Part shown: positions 39,966 to 50,303 of the stretch, piece after piece | How the letters are laid out: every line of letters starts with the position of its first letter | How positions within the stretch are numbered: position 1 is the first letter of the stretch | DNA from: Patescibacteria group bacterium | Lineage (GTDB): Bacteria; Patescibacteriota; Patescibacteriia; Patescibacteriales; UBA12075 | Length of the DNA: 64,000 nt | Assembly: GCA_018897195.1 (NCBI GenBank) | Contig: JAHILH010000006.1 | Location: 2,152 to 66,151 of the forward strand | Reading direction: 5' to 3' | Translations under genes and position numbers: made by a program | Notes under the pieces: model-generated | Told to the model about the DNA's origin: nothing | What the model saw: the letters and a program-made list of their open reading frames with translations, nothing else | Databases searched by the model: none

Positions 39966-39995
39966 TTGCAGTCTTTTAGTATTTTATGCTATAAT
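39966..39995 (+). promoter_or_regulatory. Extended -10 promoter for the 40-51 kb operon: TTGCAG-18-(TGc)TATAAT
   Basis: TG 39987-39988 and TATAAT 39990-39995. It is the only good promoter match I see before 51.1 kb, and the gaps between the eight downstream genes are 4-30 nt. Confidence 0.55.
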
Positions 39996-40072
39996 CAATA
40001 TAATCATAATATTATAAAATTGTGAATAAGTCAATTTGATATTTATCAATTGCCGATTTGTAATATTGCTTA

Positions 40073-42754
40073 ATGCTTGTCAAAAAACACAATAAAAAAT
40101 TCTTGTTAAGAGCAGCTAGTCTGGGTATTTTTATATTTCTAGGCGCTGTTTTTTTATTGGGAAATGTTAATTTATCTTTGGCGGCAACAGCTGATGAATT
40201 AGCCTGGAATGGTCAGCAAGCTCAATTTGAACAGCAGACTGGTCTGTCTTCAACTAATCCTGTGATTGTGGTGACGAGAATTATCCAAATATTTTTAGGC
40301 TTCCTGGGTTTTATTGCAGTTATTTTAATAATTTATGCTGGTTTTTTATGGATGACTAGTGCGGGGGATGCGGATAAGGTTAAGAAGGCCAAGGATATTC
40401 TTAAAAATGCCTTTATCGGTTTGATAATAATCCTGTCTTCGGTTGGAATTGTTACTTTTATTTTAAATATGCTTATCAATGATAACGGTTCTGGCAGTGG
40501 CAATGGCGCTGGTGGCGGACCTGGTAATGTGCCACCAGGAACAGGGGCAATCGGCAATTGTGCGATTGTAGACTATTATCCAGCGGCCAATCAGCGCGAG
40601 GTGCCGAGAAATTCAGTAGTATTGGTAACTTTTCGTGAGGCATTCAAATTTGATACAGTGGCTGACAATAATTTAGACATCAATACCAGTAATGTAAAAT
40701 TATTCAATAAATGTAATGATACTTGCCAAGTTAGCACGGGTAAGGGTTGCGATGCTTGCTTGGTAGAGGCGACGGCGACATCAACAGACGACAACAAAAC
40801 ATTAGTTATAATGCCAAAGGCTTATCTTGGTTCGCCGACTGAAAATGTGAATTATTACATGGTTATGAATAATGGCATTCAGAATAATAAAGGGAAGGGC
40901 ATTTTTGGTAACTGTACTCCGGATTCAGCAGCTTGGTCTTTTGAGGTGAACACAATGTTGGATTTGGATCCACCTCAAGTTTTAAAAAGAGATCAGGGGG
41001 GCGTTTTCCCTTTGCCAGATAGTCAAAAGGATGTACCTTTGACAAATACAGCCGCCAAGGCGGTCGGAGGAATTACAGTTAATGATATTAATGTTAAAAC
41101 TTTGGTAAAGGCTAGTATTGCAAGTGTTGTAAAAAATCCTGCTAACGCTGGATGGGGCAATATTGATAAAAATTTAAGCAATATTAATAATGGCTGCCAG
41201 GCGAGCCAGATAAAAATTGGCGTAAATGCTGCCTTGACGGCAACGCTAAAGGTTGGAACTGCCAACGCAGGAGTTGGTAAGATTAGTGATGATAAGAAAG
41301 TTTTTAATTTTGATTACTGTGATTTAAAAATTGTCCTTGAAAATGATAAAAATTTTCTAACTGAATGCGGAACAGGTGGTTGTGTTTGGGACATGAGCAT
41401 TACGCCTTATCAAGAGCCTGATTATTTAATGATCGGAAGTTATCAATATATTTTTGTAAATTCAGGCACTAATTCTAATGAAATTGCCCTTGGAGCCAAT
41501 CTACTGACCAAAAATAGCATTGCTGCGGCGATAGCAAGTAAGAATTATTCAGATGTTACGGCTACTGTTTTAGCCAATATTGTAACATTGACTGCGCAAA
41601 AAGCGGGCAATGTCGGCAATGGTATAAGTATTTCCGTTAGCAATCCAAATCTTTTTACTGTGACGGCAATGTATGGCGGAGCGGACTTAAATGACAATGT
41701 TGACGTTAAGGGAGTGCGAGATGAGCCGCGTAATGCGATTATTAAGATGAATTATAATGATCAAATGTTGCCGATCAACGTTTCCGGAGAGGCGACTGTT
41801 AACTCTTCTATTTTTGTCCAATGCGTAAATGCGGGCAATTGTAATGATGCTAATTATTTTTTTGATTGCAATGCCGGCAATAAATGTGTGAAAGGTAAGT
41901 TTAAAATTTCTAATCAATATAAGACAGTGGAGTTTCAGAGTAATAATGAGTGTGGTGTGAATAGTTGTGGTGAAAAAATTTACTGTTTGCCGGCTAATAC
42001 TGAATTACACGTCGGTATGAAGGCGGCAACGCTGGCTGTTTGCGCCAGTGACGGCGATTGCACAAGTAAAAATCCTTTTAACAAATGTGTTGGCGGTCAT
42101 TGTCAGGACGTAACTCTTGGCAAGAACTATCCCTTAGCAAACACAAGTTTCGACGGCTTAATGGATAAAGCAAGGAACTCACTTGATGGTAATCGCAATG
42201 CCTTGGCAATCGGTCCGGTAGCTTTCTATAATGAAAATACCACCCTCGGCTTGGGTGATAGTTTTGAATGGTTATTTTTTATTACTGATAAAATTGATTT
42301 AACTCCACCAAAGGTTGTTAGCACTTTGCCGGCAGGTGGAGGCGCCCCTATTGCAGAGCCAGTTAAAATGAGTTTTAGTAAGATAATGATGTCCTCAAGT
42401 CTTATTCCGGGTTATGTCATGATTCCTGATATGTCCAACAATGACAATGAAATGAAGCACAAAACTCTTAATATTTGGGCGAAGAGTGGTTTTCCAATCG
42501 GTTATTGGGTGACAAGTGAAGATAGTTATGACGCAATGCAGATCGGAAGAACGAATGTGAATATTAATCATTCTGATTTTGATGATTATAATAACTATCG
42601 TGCACAGTCTGGGTCAGGAATTAAAGATATTTATCAGAATTGTTTTAAGCCAAGTGACAAAGTTTCACCTAACTGCACGGCTAATGGTAAACCGTCTTGT
42701 TGTAACGGTGTGGCAACTGATGCTTTAAACAATGAAGGAAATTGTGCTAATTAA
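40073..42754 (+). CDS. Giant surface protein 1: VirB2/TrbC-like pilin-type N-terminal module plus Ig-like/Cys-containing ectodomain
   Basis: Signal peptide, then PVIVVTRIIQIFLGFLGFIAVILIIYAGFLWMTSAGDADKVKKAKDILKNAFIGLIIILSSVGIVTFILNML (two helices) and a Gly-rich linker. Ig-like segments follow (DYYPAANQREVPRNSVVLVTFRE; PPKVVSTLPAGGGAPIAEPVKMSFSKIM). Confidence 0.65.
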   Translation: MLVKKHNKKFLLRAASLGIFIFLGAVFLLGNVNLSLAATADELAWNGQQAQFEQQTGLSSTNPVIVVTRIIQIFLGFLGFIAVILIIYAGFLWMTSAGDADKVKKAKDILKNAFIGLIIILSSVGIVTFILNMLINDNGSGSGNGAGGGPGNVPPGTGAIGNCAIVDYYPAANQREVPRNSVVLVTFREAFKFDTVADNNLDINTSNVKLFNKCNDTCQVSTGKGCDACLVEATATSTDDNKTLVIMPKAYLGSPTENVNYYMVMNNGIQNNKGKGIFGNCTPDSAAWSFEVNTMLDLDPPQVLKRDQGGVFPLPDSQKDVPLTNTAAKAVGGITVNDINVKTLVKASIASVVKNPANAGWGNIDKNLSNINNGCQASQIKIGVNAALTATLKVGTANAGVGKISDDKKVFNFDYCDLKIVLENDKNFLTECGTGGCVWDMSITPYQEPDYLMIGSYQYIFVNSGTNSNEIALGANLLTKNSIAAAIASKNYSDVTATVLANIVTLTAQKAGNVGNGISISVSNPNLFTVTAMYGGADLNDNVDVKGVRDEPRNAIIKMNYNDQMLPINVSGEATVNSSIFVQCVNAGNCNDANYFFDCNAGNKCVKGKFKISNQYKTVEFQSNNECGVNSCGEKIYCLPANTELHVGMKAATLAVCASDGDCTSKNPFNKCVGGHCQDVTLGKNYPLANTSFDGLMDKARNSLDGNRNALAIGPVAFYNENTTLGLGDSFEWLFFITDKIDLTPPKVVSTLPAGGGAPIAEPVKMSFSKIMMSSSLIPGYVMIPDMSNNDNEMKHKTLNIWAKSGFPIGYWVTSEDSYDAMQIGRTNVNINHSDFDDYNNYRAQSGSGIKDIYQNCFKPSDKVSPNCTANGKPSCCNGVATDALNNEGNCAN

Positions 42755-42777
42755 TTAGCAATTACAAATTATAAATA

Positions 42778-45700
42778 ATGAAAGCAAAAAACGTAAAAAA
42801 ATTAATTCTTCCAATTATACTGTTAACATTAGCAATGACGGTTTTTTTGGCTGCACCAGCTTTGGCTCAACTTAATCCTTGGGGTCAATCGAGCGCCATT
42901 CAGGATCAAACCGGTTTGTCAGCGACAAGTCCTGTTTTGGTGGTTGCTAATATTATTAAATTTGTTTTAGGTTTTCTAGGTTTTATTACTTTAATTTTGA
43001 TAATATATGCCGGCTTCCTTTGGATGATGTCTAACGGCAATGCTGATAGGGTGGCCAAGGCGAAAAAAACTATAATTGCAGCCGTGGTTGGCTTGACTAT
43101 TGTCTTGTCCTCTTATGGAATTGCTAGCTTTGTTTTAAATTTATTACTTGATGGTAATGGTGGGAATGGTGGATCAGCCCTTTGTGCTAACGGCAATGAG
43201 ACTACTTGTTGCAGTGGTAGCGGAACACGACTTTGCATTGATGGTGTTTGGGGTGCTTGCAGCAATTCTTTTTGTGATGGTTATGGCGGTTCTGGAGGAA
43301 CTTCTTTTCCAGCGGGAGCCGGTTTGGGAGAATCTTGCGGAACGACTCCTGGTAACTGTGAAGCGTCAACAACTTGTGCTATTGGCTTGAATTGTGATAT
43401 TGCTGCTTGTACTTGTCAGGGTCCGCCAGTGATTGACTGGGTAAGTCCGGTGGGTGGATTTTGCTGGAATAAGCTTGGCAGCTCGACTGATTCAGCTTGT
43501 TTAACCGACCAGGATTGTTCGAATGTAACAGCTGGGCCGGGAACTTGTGCAACTAGTACACCTAATGGTGCGGTGAATTCAATGATGACAATTGGTGGAC
43601 GTTACTTTGCGTCAGCGACTTCGACGCCGGCCATTGGTAAAGTTTATTTTAAAACTGCAGCTGGGGCAGATGTGGAGGCGAAATTAGCCAATAATCCTGC
43701 CGGTGGCAATGCGCAATGTACTAATGTCTGGAGCAGTGACAAGGTGGTCGTATTGGTTCCTGGTAACGTGGCCGATACTAGTTTAATTAAAATTAGAAGA
43801 GCAGACGGCGAAGAGGATACCACTAATAATCAAGAAAGGGGCCCGATTATTCCTAATTTTTTAAAAAATAATATTATTAGACCAGGCTTGTGTAGTATCA
43901 GTCCTAATGGCGGAGTGATCGGTAAAGAAATAAAATACTTTGGAGTTAATTTGTCGGGTGCAAGTGCTTTCTTCGGTAGTTATTCAGTCGCAGCTATTCC
44001 GGGTGATAGCTCCGTCTTTGTTGGTGATTTGTCTGGGAAAACTAATGTGCCCAACATGCAAGCTGGCAAAACTACCACTTATATTCAAAAAGGCCTAACA
44101 AATAGTAATTATTATCCTTTCGAAAAGCTAAAAGAGGGAGTGGGTGAGCCACGTATCATTAGCTTTGACCCGATAAAAGGTAACAGTGGACAGTATGTCA
44201 CTATTCATGGTGCTGATTTTGGCTATGCGACTGCGGCACAACTGGGAATTACTAATCATGTTTATTTGGATAATAATCTAACTGATAATGACAAGGGTGT
44301 TGAAGCTTCTTTTGCTTTTCCTGATGTTTGTACTGAGAGTGTCTGGAGTGATAAGCAAATTATTTTTAAAGTAGCTTCTTCTACCAAGCTTATTGATAAT
44401 GCAAAATATTATGTAGTTATTGCCACCAAGGACTGGGTGATTGATAGTGGTAATTTACTTACGATTGGTGGTATTTCTCCAACCTTTACTTTTAGTTCTT
44501 CAACGCCTTTATCACCAAGCCTATGTTTAATTTCTCCCAAGATTGGTATGCCAAACATTACCGACGTGAGTCTGTATGGTGAGTATTTTGGCAATAAGGT
44601 GGCTGGTAAAGTTAAATTTTATAAAAATGTTGATATCTCCGGTTTTAATGATTCTTCTTGGTTGTATAATAGCGCTGATAAGTTTTATCAGGTAGCGACC
44701 AAAACACCAGTGACAGCGATTAGTGGTCCCGTGGTTGTTTCGCAAGGAGTTAATATTAGTAATAGTCTCAATTTTGAAGTCGGTTCTTGTTTGGCGGTTG
44801 GAGGTACCCAGCAAGATAAAAATATCGCTTGCGGTTCTATCTGCTGTCCAGAAAATAGCAGTATGGCTGGTCAGTGTGCTGATACCATGAACACTTGTTA
44901 TGTTGGTGGGGCGCTAACTTCTGTCTATGAATGGGATTTTGATACAAGTAAAAAGGGCGCAATTGGCGAACCTTGTGATGCGGCCACTTCGACGGCTGTT
45001 TGTGAGCCTGACAACACTAAATGTGCTAGTGGCTTAGTCTGTAAGGCCGACAAAGATTGTACTTGCCAACCAGATGTTAGCGCTTGCTCCTCTTATGATT
45101 TATTACAATGTATTGATACTTTGTTTTGTCCAAATTCACCAGGAAAATGTTCTCCATATCAAGGTGGGGAAAATTTATTTGACACAAATGTGACTTGCTC
45201 GACGGTGAATAGCAGTGACTTGATTTATAATGCAAATTTAAATCGTTATGCAAGTTCAACGCAGAATTGTTCCTTGGGGGCGACGACTAAAGATGTTTTA
45301 GGCAAAGATGTTCAGACTTTTTGTGCTCTTTACAACCAGTCTCCGCGTTACCAATTTAAAACCAGTATGAGTTGTCCTACCGGTTGGACTTTGGCCCTTG
45401 GTGGCGTTTGCGTGGACTTGGTTAATAGTTGTAATTTGTGTGCCGGCAATTTGAAATGCGCGGATAATAGTGGTACCGGTGTTTGTGTTGATGATAGGCC
45501 AGTTTGTTCGAGTGGGTCGAAATGTGTTAGCGAAAAATGTGTTAAAGATGATAAGGCTTCTTGTGATTGTTGTTGTGAAATAGGTAAAGAAGGTGACTGT
45601 TGTGCTGGCTTAACTTGCGGTGGTACTTGCGGCAGTGACACTACAAACGATGGTGCTGGTTTTGGTGAGTGTAGTGGCTGTAACATTGACGGCGATCAAA

Positions 45701-48234
45701 GCAAGTCAGATTTGGCTTGTAATTGTAGTGGTACTAATGGAAAATATTGTGACATGACGGCAGCCAGTAATAAAGGCGTTTGCCTAGACTGTGCGTCCTT
45801 GCCAGCAGATTCTTGTTCTGATCATAGTTCGACCTGTTGTGTTGATGGTGTGAATGGCAATAAATGTGCCGGCGGCGCGGGAAATCTTGCTTTAGATATT
45901 TTTAAAGTTCCAGCTAAAGACGCCTATTGCGCTTATTATGATTGTAATAGTAATGGCACTTGTGGCGTGGCAAGCACGACGGGGCAATATTTTAATGACA
46001 ATACTTGTAATCAGGAATGCACCTTGACTTTGGCGGGGGCAAAGTGTTCCAAGGTGGTTTCGAACGCAACTAAATGTTCTTATGATTTTTGTAAGGATTT
46101 ATATTGTTTGGATGAGTCTGGCGATAAATTAGCCGGTTGCGATGCTAATGGTAATAATTGCACGCCTTGCACTGATGGCACATGTGGTAATTGTTGTTGT
46201 GATCCGGCAAAAACCGGAACTGATCCAAATGATGCTACGACTTATGATAAATGTAAAAAAATTAACTCTGTTTTAGATTGTCGAGCCAATGTCGGCCCCT
46301 GTGATGGTGCTGGACGCGGTCTTTGTTGTGGTTGCTCTGATGATCAGAGTTGTGGCGATGAAGGAGTATCCAATGGTTGCAGTACAGACACTTGTTGTCG
46401 AGCGCGTCCAAATGTGGCCTCTTCTAGTCCGGCCGATGATGCAACCGCTGTTTGCCGTAATGCCAAAATAGAAGTTACCTTTGATCAAGTGATGGATATT
46501 AATAGTTTTTCTGATAACACGATTGTGGCGGGTGACTACGGCACTGGACAGTGTCCAGCCGAAACACAATATGTAGCAATGACTGGAATGAGCGACAAGC
46601 ATAATCTTTTCGCGAGAATTTATTATCGGGTTATTGATTTTATCGAACCTATTTTACCAACATCAATTGCTAATGCCTTGATGATGCCAACAACTAATAA
46701 TTATTGCGCGATCCCCGGATCAGTGAGTGGTTATGTAACAGCTGGCGACAAGGCTGTGTTGGAATTTAGTCCTAAAAAATTACTAGATACAAAAAGATTG
46801 TATTATGTTATAATAAAGGGCGATGAAAACTTAAATAGTAAGACGGGTGTAAAAAGCAATTGGGGAGTAGGAATGAATGGTGAATCCATGGACGCGGGAA
46901 TAATGTTCAATGGCATAACTTACAAAAACTCACACGTCTTGTCTTTTGAAACCTTGGGTAGTCAAGGAGCCAACAAAGGTGTTTGCTTGGTGAACAAGGT
47001 TAGTATTAATCCAAGTTCTTATCTTTTTCAAACTAATATTAATAATTTTGGTGACGATGTTTATGGTAGTGCTAATTTTGATAAAGTTAAGGATAGCGAT
47101 AAGGTTTTTATTTCTAAAGCCTTGAGCATTGATGGACAGCTATTGTCAGGAATTTCTGGTGTGTATGACTGGAGTTGGGGTTGGAATTCTACCAATCAAG
47201 GAGTGGCGAGCAATGTATCGCTTGCTGAATTGCCTGATTACGAAAGTTTAGTCAAGGTAAAAGATGGTGTTGTTGAAGGCAAAACGGATATTGGCGCAAA
47301 ATTAACAATTACTGCCTCATCTCTTGATGGGAGCTCACTTGGCGCAAGTTTAAGCGCCACGTCAAAGGTGTATGTCTTTATTTGTGCGAATCCTTGGCCA
47401 CCGGTAAAAGATGATGGAACGTGGTTGCCGTGGATTGACAGTAATACCAATTGCGATATCAATAGTGGCGCTTGTAATAATGCTAATTTTGAATCATATT
47501 ATTGCCGTGATCTTGGCAGCGACAGCACCTTGGATGATTTGCCGGCAATTGGTAATAACGACAGTATTGTTCATGGCACAAGTAGTCAAAAATCAATGGC
47601 CGACTTAGTAAAAGAAGTTTATTTTTTCCGTGGTCGAGAGGCGAGTACGAATAATAGTGCAACTTTTACGGCAGCTGTAAATTCAATGGCTATTGATGGC
47701 GGCGAGGTGAGTGTTAATTGGTCTGATAATGCGTTTGATGTTTTGTCAGTAAAAAATTACAAAGTTTATTGGGGCGTTAAGACCGGTAGTCATACTTTTT
47801 CTAGGGTAGTATCGCCAGACCTTAATAGTGTGAATATTAATGGTTTAAAAAATAATACCACTTATTATTTTAATATGACGGCTATTGCTAGTGATTCTGG
47901 TGCAGAAAGTGAATTTTTGAAAAATGAAGATATAGTTGTTTTGGTAAAAGATGTTTATTCTCCTGCCAAGGTGGAAAACTTTACCGCTACTTATAGCGAT
48001 AGTAATTCAATGTTGTTGAACTGGAATAAGGTTAATGGAAATCCGGCTAAATATATTATATATTATGGCGTTAATAATGGTTACGGTTATTCTAAAGAAG
48101 TTAGCAGTCTTAGCAGTAGTGTAGTCATTGCTGGCTTAACCAACGGCGGTAGTTATAATTTTGGCATTATCGCTGTCGACCTATCTGGAAACGCAAGTGC
48201 GACAACCACAGTTCAGGCAATATTAAATCCTTAA
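42778..48234 (+). CDS. Giant surface protein 2 (1818 aa): same pilin-type N-terminal module, IPT/TIG repeats, extremely Cys-rich core, two FN3 domains
   Basis: The N-terminus is paralogous to the upstream gene (PVLVVANIIKFVLGFLGFITLILIIYAGFLWMMSNGNADRVAKAKKTIIAAVVGLTIVLSSYGIASFVLNLL). About four IPT-like units (e.g. EPRIISFDPIKGNSGQYVTIHGADFG). I hand-counted roughly 70 Cys between residues ~660 and ~1200. The C-terminus carries FN3 units (NYKVYWGVKTG..NGLKNNTTYYFNMTAI; AKYIIYYGVNNG..GLTNGGSYNFGIIAVD). Confidence 0.65.
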   Translation: MKAKNVKKLILPIILLTLAMTVFLAAPALAQLNPWGQSSAIQDQTGLSATSPVLVVANIIKFVLGFLGFITLILIIYAGFLWMMSNGNADRVAKAKKTIIAAVVGLTIVLSSYGIASFVLNLLLDGNGGNGGSALCANGNETTCCSGSGTRLCIDGVWGACSNSFCDGYGGSGGTSFPAGAGLGESCGTTPGNCEASTTCAIGLNCDIAACTCQGPPVIDWVSPVGGFCWNKLGSSTDSACLTDQDCSNVTAGPGTCATSTPNGAVNSMMTIGGRYFASATSTPAIGKVYFKTAAGADVEAKLANNPAGGNAQCTNVWSSDKVVVLVPGNVADTSLIKIRRADGEEDTTNNQERGPIIPNFLKNNIIRPGLCSISPNGGVIGKEIKYFGVNLSGASAFFGSYSVAAIPGDSSVFVGDLSGKTNVPNMQAGKTTTYIQKGLTNSNYYPFEKLKEGVGEPRIISFDPIKGNSGQYVTIHGADFGYATAAQLGITNHVYLDNNLTDNDKGVEASFAFPDVCTESVWSDKQIIFKVASSTKLIDNAKYYVVIATKDWVIDSGNLLTIGGISPTFTFSSSTPLSPSLCLISPKIGMPNITDVSLYGEYFGNKVAGKVKFYKNVDISGFNDSSWLYNSADKFYQVATKTPVTAISGPVVVSQGVNISNSLNFEVGSCLAVGGTQQDKNIACGSICCPENSSMAGQCADTMNTCYVGGALTSVYEWDFDTSKKGAIGEPCDAATSTAVCEPDNTKCASGLVCKADKDCTCQPDVSACSSYDLLQCIDTLFCPNSPGKCSPYQGGENLFDTNVTCSTVNSSDLIYNANLNRYASSTQNCSLGATTKDVLGKDVQTFCALYNQSPRYQFKTSMSCPTGWTLALGGVCVDLVNSCNLCAGNLKCADNSGTGVCVDDRPVCSSGSKCVSEKCVKDDKASCDCCCEIGKEGDCCAGLTCGGTCGSDTTNDGAGFGECSGCNIDGDQSKSDLACNCSGTNGKYCDMTAASNKGVCLDCASLPADSCSDHSSTCCVDGVNGNKCAGGAGNLALDIFKVPAKDAYCAYYDCNSNGTCGVASTTGQYFNDNTCNQECTLTLAGAKCSKVVSNATKCSYDFCKDLYCLDESGDKLAGCDANGNNCTPCTDGTCGNCCCDPAKTGTDPNDATTYDKCKKINSVLDCRANVGPCDGAGRGLCCGCSDDQSCGDEGVSNGCSTDTCCRARPNVASSSPADDATAVCRNAKIEVTFDQVMDINSFSDNTIVAGDYGTGQCPAETQYVAMTGMSDKHNLFARIYYRVIDFIEPILPTSIANALMMPTTNNYCAIPGSVSGYVTAGDKAVLEFSPKKLLDTKRLYYVIIKGDENLNSKTGVKSNWGVGMNGESMDAGIMFNGITYKNSHVLSFETLGSQGANKGVCLVNKVSINPSSYLFQTNINNFGDDVYGSANFDKVKDSDKVFISKALSIDGQLLSGISGVYDWSWGWNSTNQGVASNVSLAELPDYESLVKVKDGVVEGKTDIGAKLTITASSLDGSSLGASLSATSKVYVFICANPWPPVKDDGTWLPWIDSNTNCDINSGACNNANFESYYCRDLGSDSTLDDLPAIGNNDSIVHGTSSQKSMADLVKEVYFFRGREASTNNSATFTAAVNSMAIDGGEVSVNWSDNAFDVLSVKNYKVYWGVKTGSHTFSRVVSPDLNSVNINGLKNNTTYYFNMTAIASDSGAESEFLKNEDIVVLVKDVYSPAKVENFTATYSDSNSMLLNWNKVNGNPAKYIIYYGVNNGYGYSKEVSSLSSSVVIAGLTNGGSYNFGIIAVDLSGNASATTTVQAILNP

Positions 48235-48264
48235 TTTAATTAACATAATTAAAAGTAAAACTTT

Positions 48265-49170
48265 ATGTTCGATGATTTAAACCAACAAAGTGATCCCAGT
48301 CAAAATGGGCCAAAAATAAATAACATTCCTTCGCCAGTGGCAGAGGATATGTTCGCTGCTATTGAGCCAGCTGTTGAGAAGCCAGTTCAATTCCAGCCAC
48401 GAGTTAATAATGCCAATGAGGTAATTGGTGACAATGAGGAGCACAAAGGAAATATGCAAAAAGTTTTTGTTTTAGCAATGACCGTTCTTGGCTTTGCGCT
48501 ATTGGGCGTTGGTGCTTATTTCGGGTATGGCTATTTGATGACAAAAAAGACAGCCGTACTTATAAAGAATGAGCCAATCGTGGAGGAGAAAAAACCGGTA
48601 GAAACTCCAGCGGTTGCTGATGTTGCTAGCACTACTGCAAATGTGTCGTTAGAACAAGGAATTGATACTGATAAAGATGGATTAACTGATGCCGAGGAAC
48701 AACAACTAGGAACAAATATTGACAGTACTGATACTGATTCTGATGGTCTTTTTGATCGAGAGGAAGTAAAGGTTTACAAGACAAACGCTTTGAATCCTGA
48801 TACTGACGGTGATGGCATGAGCGATGGCGATGAGGTGAAGATTGGTAGAAATCCGAATGGAGAGGGTAGCCTCTTGAACTCAGTTACAACCGAGACAGCA
48901 GCCGCTTCTACATCAGTGCCGTTGCAATCAAGTCCGGTAGCAGGAAGTGAGGCAGTTGTTACAGGGTCTGCAAATAGCGAAGTAACACCAGTGGCCACCA
49001 ATCCAGTTGATTCTACAATTGATTCTGATCAAGATGGTTTGACTGATGCAGAAGAAGCGAAATATGGGACTGATCCGCTAAATAGCGACTCTGATGGCGA
49101 TACTTATCTTGATGGTGCCGAAGTTAAGGGTGGCTATAATCCATTGGGAGCTGGTAAGTTGGTAAAATAA
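48265..49170 (+). CDS. Bitopic membrane protein with two TSP3-like Ca-binding modules
   Basis: One TM helix (VFVLAMTVLGFALLGVGAYFGYGYL) and two modules: DTDKDGLTDAEEQQLGTNIDSTDTDSDGLFDREEV..NPDTDGDGMSDGDEV and DSDQDGLTDAEEAKYGTDPLNSDSDGDTYLDGAEVKGGYNPLGAGKLVK. Confidence 0.55.
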   Translation: MFDDLNQQSDPSQNGPKINNIPSPVAEDMFAAIEPAVEKPVQFQPRVNNANEVIGDNEEHKGNMQKVFVLAMTVLGFALLGVGAYFGYGYLMTKKTAVLIKNEPIVEEKKPVETPAVADVASTTANVSLEQGIDTDKDGLTDAEEQQLGTNIDSTDTDSDGLFDREEVKVYKTNALNPDTDGDGMSDGDEVKIGRNPNGEGSLLNSVTTETAAASTSVPLQSSPVAGSEAVVTGSANSEVTPVATNPVDSTIDSDQDGLTDAEEAKYGTDPLNSDSDGDTYLDGAEVKGGYNPLGAGKLVK

Positions 49171-49191
49171 TTACTTTTTTAAGATAAAAAA

Positions 49192-50298
49192 ATGAATCAA
49201 GAAGAAGAAAATAAAAATATTGGTAGCGAAAAAAAATATGAAAATTTTTTGCGCGATGGAATAGTTGTGCATACCATGCCAAAGAGTTTTAGAAGGGCTA
49301 AATCTGCCAGCGAGGGTAGTCATATGAGCGCCGGTGTTTTTGTAATGGCTGGGGGCTTGATTTTATTGGTTGGTCTTGGTTTTTTGTTGTATTACATGGT
49401 TGTTAAAAAAGATTTTTTTTCTTTAAACAAAAATATTGACATGATGATAGAGGAGGAGAAAGCAGCGCTTGGTGATAATGAAAAAAAAGACACTAATCCA
49501 GTGGCTACAACAACGTCTTTGATAAATGCGACAAGTACCGAGGCGCTTGTCGATGGAGCGACTAGCACTATTGATGATTTGATTAATGAATTTAATCAAG
49601 ACTTGAGCACTTCGACGTTTAGTACCTCTTCGGAGTCATTGGATATTTCCAGCAGTATTGATTCGACAACGATAAATTCAGACATTGTTAATTCCGGCGA
49701 AAGCTATGTGCGCGATGAGTTAAAAAAAGAAGCTATTATTGGAGAGGCGACTGACAGCGATGCTGATGGTTTAAGCGATCTTGAGGAGGTGCTTTTGGGA
49801 ACGGATTTTAATAAAATGGATACTGATGGTGATGGTTATAGCGATTTTCAGGAACTTGATAAAATGTATGATCCAGTCGGTAAGGGCAGTTTGGCTAGTA
49901 ATAAGGCAATTACGAGTTATTCTAATCCAACCCATGGATATTCGTTGATTTATCCCATGGCTTGGACACCTAGTAATTTCGACAAGGATGATTCGATAAT
50001 GTTTAAGATTGACGGTTTTCAATTTGTGCAAATTATTGTTCAGCCCATTCCCGATAATCAAGTGATTGAAGAATGGTATAAAAAAACGGCTAACATTGAC
50101 ATGATTAATGAGTCGCAAAAGGTTAGCACTAAGGCGGGTTGGAGCGGAATTGTTAGCAAGGATGGTTTAAATTACTATTTGACTAAGAATGGTTCCAGTG
50201 ATGTCTATATTATTTCGTATAATTTAGGCGCCAGTAATGCGCTTAATTATCAAAAATTATTTGAGATGATGGTGAATAGCTTGGATGTTGTAAATTAA
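49192..50298 (+). CDS. Bitopic membrane protein with one TSP3-like module and a C-terminal globular domain
   Basis: TM helix (AGVFVMAGGLILLVGLGFLLYYMV), a Ser/Thr-rich linker, DSDADGLSDLEEVLLGTDFNKMDTDGDGYSDFQELDKMYDPVGKGSL, then ~130 aa of mixed alpha/beta. Confidence 0.55.
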   Translation: MNQEEENKNIGSEKKYENFLRDGIVVHTMPKSFRRAKSASEGSHMSAGVFVMAGGLILLVGLGFLLYYMVVKKDFFSLNKNIDMMIEEEKAALGDNEKKDTNPVATTTSLINATSTEALVDGATSTIDDLINEFNQDLSTSTFSTSSESLDISSSIDSTTINSDIVNSGESYVRDELKKEAIIGEATDSDADGLSDLEEVLLGTDFNKMDTDGDGYSDFQELDKMYDPVGKGSLASNKAITSYSNPTHGYSLIYPMAWTPSNFDKDDSIMFKIDGFQFVQIIVQPIPDNQVIEEWYKKTANIDMINESQKVSTKAGWSGIVSKDGLNYYLTKNGSSDVYIISYNLGASNALNYQKLFEMMVNSLDVVN

Positions 50299-50303
50299 AA
50301 TTT

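Noticed and set aside
45348-45686. Antisense ORFs inside the giant genes (e.g. 45348-45686, 46273-46602, 44527-44814, 41023-41265)
   Set aside because: These are typical shadow ORFs opposite long coding regions. Their products are low-complexity and lack start context.
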